In this document: positions 58,851-64,000 of the stretch, one piece after another
How positions within the stretch are numbered: the first letter of the stretch is position 1
Layout of the letters: every line of letters starts with the position of its first letter
Assembly: GCA_965209055.1 (NCBI GenBank)
Contig: OZ242374.1
Span: forward strand, 1,792,001-1,856,000
Direction of reading: 5' to 3'
DNA: 64,000 bases
Source: Acidobacteriota bacterium
Lineage (GTDB): Bacteria; Acidobacteriota; UBA6911; RPQK01; JAJDTT01
Notes under the pieces: model-generated
The model's input: only the letters and a program-made list of their open reading frames with translations
Told to the model about the DNA's origin: nothing
The model's database searches: none
Program-made: the position numbers and the translations under genes

Positions 58851-59142
58851 GGAGCGTGAATCGGCCAGGGGAAGTTCCACTTTTCGCCAAACTCGGATGC
58901 GGTTCCGCATGTGAGGGCCGCAACTCGCGGCCCACAAAATAGCATGCTTCCGTTTAGAGCGACCAGGGTCCTATACCTGACCCTTCATTCCAGGGCGATC
59001 ATCGATTTTCGCGGCTCTGACGGGCTTTCGTTGCCGACAGGTTCAGATCTGCTCCGGTTCTCCCTTTCTCGTGGGGAGCGGAGCGAATTTCGTCATAGAG
59101 CCGTGCGACCGTACTTCGTGTTCGTCGTCCGTACGATCCACC

Positions 59143-59685
59143 ATGTGGACAAGAAAGCTCCGGAAACCCTTGATCTCTTCCCGAGACGCCAGGCTTCCGG
59201 CCCGGGTTCTGTCCGATCCTTCCGGCGAATCTGTAGAACACGCCCTCATCGGGGAAGCCCTCGTCTTCAAGGGGGAGGTCAGCGGTACTCAGGACCTGAC
59301 GGTCAATGGCCGGTTAGAAGGCACAGTGTCGCTTTCCGGGCACACTGTCACGGTGGGCCGCAACGGTCGGGTCCAGGGCGATATCCTGGCCCGGGTGATT
59401 CGGATCGAGGGTCATGTCGAAGGCGACCTTCAGGGAGAAGAAGTCGTTTTTCTGGGTCCCTCCGGTGTGGTCCGCGGTGATCTCACGACGGTCCGGGTCA
59501 GCATGGACGAAGGGTGCGAGTTCAGCGGCCACGTCCAGGTCGCTGCCAAACTACATCCGGCGAGCGAACTCTCGGTATCCCTGACCGTCCGTCCGGGGCA
59601 CAAGACGGATGATCCCGCACCCTCGAAACCGTTGCCGACCAACGGCCAGAACGCCATGCCTTTCCAAGGACCTCGTCCTCAATAG
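59143..59685 (+). CDS. Bactofilin (polymer-forming cytoskeletal protein)
   Basis: IGEALVFKGEVSG..DL.VNG..EG, V.GDI.A..I.IEG.VEG, DEGCEFSG. Confidence 0.88.
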   Translation: MWTRKLRKPLISSRDARLPARVLSDPSGESVEHALIGEALVFKGEVSGTQDLTVNGRLEGTVSLSGHTVTVGRNGRVQGDILARVIRIEGHVEGDLQGEEVVFLGPSGVVRGDLTTVRVSMDEGCEFSGHVQVAAKLHPASELSVSLTVRPGHKTDDPAPSKPLPTNGQNAMPFQGPRPQ

Positions 59686-60332
59686 GGCCGGAGTTGCCCG
59701 GCTCTATTCTCGGACCGGTCCCGATAGTGCGCGGCCACTATCTGCCGACGGTAACGCTCACCCACTGGCTCGACTATGCGGGTGTCCCGTGCGCACCGGA
59801 CGTAGCGCCGGACTCCAACCAACACCAACAGGCTCTCGGTGGTTTTACCGCAACGCTCGCGGCGCCGGGGACCGCACATTGCCCGCAGATCGCGACAGCC
59901 GGCGTACGGCGTAGGTTCGCTCGAAGCTCAGGGTTTCTTTCTCCGGGAGGGGAGGGGTTCGCACTTGTCGCCGCAGCGGGGACAGGGGCTCCGGTGGCCT
60001 TGATAGCCACAGTGCGGGCAGTAATAGGTTCGCCGATTCCGAAGCACCTTGGCCGCCTGATGGAGGGACCGTTCCAAGTTGCCGTTCCGGGCAATCATGT
60101 GCCACTATTTTGCCACGCTAGGGGCGTCATTTCTGGCTTTTCCGCCAGGGATTGAAGGGACGGGAGAAGGAAGCGATGGCCGTGATGCTGGTCAAGCGCA
60201 GCCAGCCCAAGCACGGCTACTCGCCCGACGAACGGGTCAAAGAAAACCGAACCGTCCCGGCGCATGCCGAGGTCCTGTTGGCAAAGTGGGCTGCCTGACG
60301 GGTCGCGGTCGGCAGTGTCAATCGATGGGTGG

Positions 60333-60429
60333 GGGGGCAACAATGGGGGCAACCGAAAGGTTCGGGTCAGTCTAATCGGTGTATAATCAATATCTTATGG
60401 GTTAATTGTGGTAGTGATTACCTCCACCA
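60333..60429 (+). other. att-like island junction
   Basis: Tandem GGGGGCAAC (60333, 60345), AT-rich spacer, then ACCTCCACCA resembling a tmRNA/tRNA-Ala 3' end. Confidence 0.5.
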
Positions 60430-60475
60430 ACTTAACTTGCGACATCGCCCCAGCAGCCCCATCGGTGTCACCGGC

Positions 60476-60601
60476 GTGATCACTTCACTTCGACTCGTCG
60501 ATTTCAAGAACTTCGCTGACGAGACACTGCGTGTCGGTCCATTTACCGTGGTTGTCGGCGCCAACGCCAGCGGCAAGAGCAACATCCGGGACGCGTTCCG
60601 T
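60476..60601 (+). pseudogene. N-terminal fragment of ABC-type AAA ATPase (AAA_21/AAA_15)
   Basis: MITSLRLVDFKNF...GPFTVVVGANASGKSNIRDAFR, homology ends at the convergent ParA stop. Confidence 0.82.
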
Positions 60602-61618
60602 TCAGCCCGCGTCACTCCGGACTCCGGCTTTTCGTGCGATATGTTCGGCCAGTTGCCTGAAGTCACGGGCCGCGTCCAAAACGGCACTCATATGTCCGCC
60701 GATGGCGCCGTCGGCTGCAGTGAGGTGAAAGATCGGCTTCCGGTGTTCCTGCGCCATCGGCACCAGGCTGCGGTAGTGCTTGACGGTGGCCAGACAGTAT
60801 TCGTCTTCGGCCGGCTTTTCCGGAAATGGTCCTGATTTCCGGGCCAGAAGCGTTCTGGCGTACTCCTCCGGCATCCTGTTGACCCACTTGTCATATGCCT
60901 TGACCGGACGGGTCAGACGAACTCCATGCTGTTGCACGATATAGCCCAGCGCTTCCATTTTTCCTTGGGGAAGGGGAAAACTCGGAACTGACCAGTTTTC
61001 AAGTCGTTTCCTCCAGTCACGACGCCAGCGGCCCAATGTCGGACCAAGATTCCGTAAGCCCTGGAGGGAGAACAGGTCGGCGCCAAGCGGGACTACGACT
61101 TTGTCAGTGGAAATGAGAGCGGAGCGATTGATGGCGCCCAAATTGGGGCCTACATCAACCAGAATGACGTTCGCGCCGCACTCATCCGCACCGGCTTGCA
61201 TGACGGACCAGAAGGCCGTGAGAATGCGAAACGGTCGATAGAGCATTTCGGAGCCCAGGGCATTTGGCCATTGCTCGGAAAGCGTACTTTCGAAGCCGGC
61301 CAGCGCCAGATCACCCGGCAGCAGACTGAGCCCCTCCGCGACCTTGTGAAGCCTGGGCGACAAGAGATCGCCAACCTCCGTCAACGGCTTGACGCATTGA
61401 AAAATAGTCGCACCTCGATCAGTCTTTGCGTCGCTGTTCCATAAGCGCTCCAGACGATCTTCGTCCAGGAATGCAGCGGTCAAATTAGCTTGCGGGTCCA
61501 GGTCACAAACCAGTACGGGACGGCCGATTTCGGAAAGCATCCAGGCAAGATGGTAGGCGAGCGAGGTTTTCCCCACGCCTCCCTTGTTGTTGAAAAAAGT
61601 CAGAACCGGAGCCGTCAA
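60602..61618 (-). CDS. ParA/Soj-like AAA_31 ATPase
   Basis: FNNKGGVGKT, DLDPQANLT, DVGPNLGAINR, DLFSLQG. Confidence 0.9.
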   Translation of the reverse strand: MTAPVLTFFNNKGGVGKTSLAYHLAWMLSEIGRPVLVCDLDPQANLTAAFLDEDRLERLWNSDAKTDRGATIFQCVKPLTEVGDLLSPRLHKVAEGLSLLPGDLALAGFESTLSEQWPNALGSEMLYRPFRILTAFWSVMQAGADECGANVILVDVGPNLGAINRSALISTDKVVVPLGADLFSLQGLRNLGPTLGRWRRDWRKRLENWSVPSFPLPQGKMEALGYIVQQHGVRLTRPVKAYDKWVNRMPEEYARTLLARKSGPFPEKPAEDEYCLATVKHYRSLVPMAQEHRKPIFHLTAADGAIGGHMSAVLDAARDFRQLAEHIARKAGVRSDAG

Positions 61619-62823
61619 TTCTGCTTGCCCCTGATGATTGCCGTCACGAACCTTTCATCGACCAGAAATTCCGGGTCGGCGTGGCCTTCATCTCGAAGCG
61701 CTCTTCGAGCGATGGCGATTCCGACGCCGAAACGTTGCACGAAACCGAGAACCCTCATCGCGTCCGCCAGATTCGGATTTCGGTAATCCGTGACCCCGCC
61801 CCTGCCGAAATTGCCGGAGGTCACGATCCCGAACGGGCCGCCGGGACTTTGAATCTCGATCCTGTCGTTGAACCAACAGATCCGGACCGGCGCGTAGGTT
61901 CCCTCATAAGTTCGGTGCATGATGGCGTTGCGGACGATCTGCTGGAGCGCCGCCAGTGGATAGGTCGGGACGCGGTGTTCCGTGACGGCTGTCGTCAGAT
62001 CGACAGCGGTCCGATTGTGGGCCTTCAGCTTATCGTCGCATCGTCTGAGCATCTGACCTAACGCGCCGTCGATGCGTTCCTCGTCGATGATCGGATCTGC
62101 AAGTCCCGTTCCGTTGATGCGCAAGAACTGAACATACGCATTCGGCAAGTAGTCGCGGGGACTCTTGCCAAGCGTCAGCAAGCCGAGAATCGTCGGCGTG
62201 TCATCCTCGGCTGACGCGATCATCTTGGTGGCGGCGAGGCGTTCCACTTCACTCCGCTCGTTCGTGTCGAGAACTTCGGGGTCGAAGGCCCGTGGAAGAT
62301 ATTCCTCGCCAAACTGGCGCAAGTTCAGTTCGGACAGCGCTGTCCCGGGCACGGGCTGGATATCGAAGGGGATGCCCGCCGCTCGTCGCCTCTCATTGAG
62401 AATGCGTTCGTCCTGTGCGGTTGCCAGTCCTCGTCTGGGACCGATGCGGACGTGAATGCGCCCCCTGTAACGGACAGGCGGCGAGTCCGAGGGAAGGACT
62501 GTGACGACGGCGATGTCGGAACCAAACAAGCGCCGCTTCTCAACAAACATGGAAGGCGGCGGAACGGTCATTCCGTCGGTCTTGATGTCGGAAAGCTGCC
62601 GGAGGATTTCATCGGAGATTTCAAGACCTGTCGGACCGCGGTCGTCGGTGACTCCAACAAATACAATCCCGGGTTGACCCGAACCGGGCAGGTCGTTGGC
62701 GAAGGCGCATACAGCCTCGCGAATAGCGTTTTTGTTGTCTCCTCGCGATGTTTCCTTGTACTCGACATGAAAGCTCTCCCCCTGAATGAGGAGGCGTTCC
62801 AATTTTCGATCGTCCAGCCTCAT
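61615..62823 (-). CDS. AlbA_2 (Schlafen-like) + HATPase_c_4 protein
   Basis: ESFHVEYKE, AFAN, VGVTD; NAIMHRTY, DRIEIQSPGG, YRNP.LA, VQRFGVGI. Confidence 0.88.
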   Translation of the reverse strand: MRLDDRKLERLLIQGESFHVEYKETSRGDNKNAIREAVCAFANDLPGSGQPGIVFVGVTDDRGPTGLEISDEILRQLSDIKTDGMTVPPPSMFVEKRRLFGSDIAVVTVLPSDSPPVRYRGRIHVRIGPRRGLATAQDERILNERRRAAGIPFDIQPVPGTALSELNLRQFGEEYLPRAFDPEVLDTNERSEVERLAATKMIASAEDDTPTILGLLTLGKSPRDYLPNAYVQFLRINGTGLADPIIDEERIDGALGQMLRRCDDKLKAHNRTAVDLTTAVTEHRVPTYPLAALQQIVRNAIMHRTYEGTYAPVRICWFNDRIEIQSPGGPFGIVTSGNFGRGGVTDYRNPNLADAMRVLGFVQRFGVGIAIARRALRDEGHADPEFLVDERFVTAIIRGKQN

Positions 62824-63010
62824 GGTCGAGCCTCCGCCGGCTCCAGTTGCTGCTTTAGGTTGAGCTGGCTGGCGGTATGGTCGATGGTTGGCCCGTGCTG
62901 GTCGGGAGCGCCCGGAGCATGCAGCGGCTCACCGGCGAAGTCGTCGCTCACCTCGACATGGGCAAGTATAGACTTCTCTGGGTCGTGTCGCGACGATTCC
63001 TGCCTTGTCC

Positions 63011-64000
<990 letters not shown>

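Noticed and set aside
59694-60330. ORFs downstream of bactofilin
   Set aside because: No recognisable motifs or RBS on either strand
17341-63010. attR duplicate of the tRNA-Pro 3' end
   Set aside because: No convincing CCCCGTCCCGACCA copy found by eye; the right island boundary remains undefined

Overview
High-GC bacterial chromosome segment, probably Acidobacteriota (inferred from gene content). 1-17340 is core genome: oxidoreductases, comM/yifB, hemE, S9 peptidase, sucCD, ndk, tRNA-Val, ypdA, der, and ihfA-merR-tRNA-Pro(GGG). A mosaic, partly decayed island of about 45 kb starts right after tRNA-Pro. It holds a dead P4-type integrase fragment, frameshifted IS1182 and IS1634 copies with intact ends and target duplications, an IS1202-type remnant, a 1920-aa Ig/Fn3 surface protein, an integrase-less conjugative element (VirB2-B6, B8-B11, VirD4, MOBC-like relaxase, ArdC, primase-helicase, AlpA), IS3/IS1 scraps, a second secreted protein, and an AlbA_2/ParA pair. 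Core genes resume at sat/cysC. The most striking object is a 4431-bp IS1-family cargo transposon (21974-26404) with 17-bp terminal IRs and a perfect 8-bp target duplication. It carries a three-gene toxin-like operon, a HARE-HTH-like protein, a HIRAN membrane protein, and two divergent near-consensus sigma70 promoters. One promoter drives an atypical tRNA-like RNA (Ser anticodon on a short-arm, Arg-like body); the other drives a ~140-nt structured RNA. All family assignments are by motif recognition; no database searches were run.
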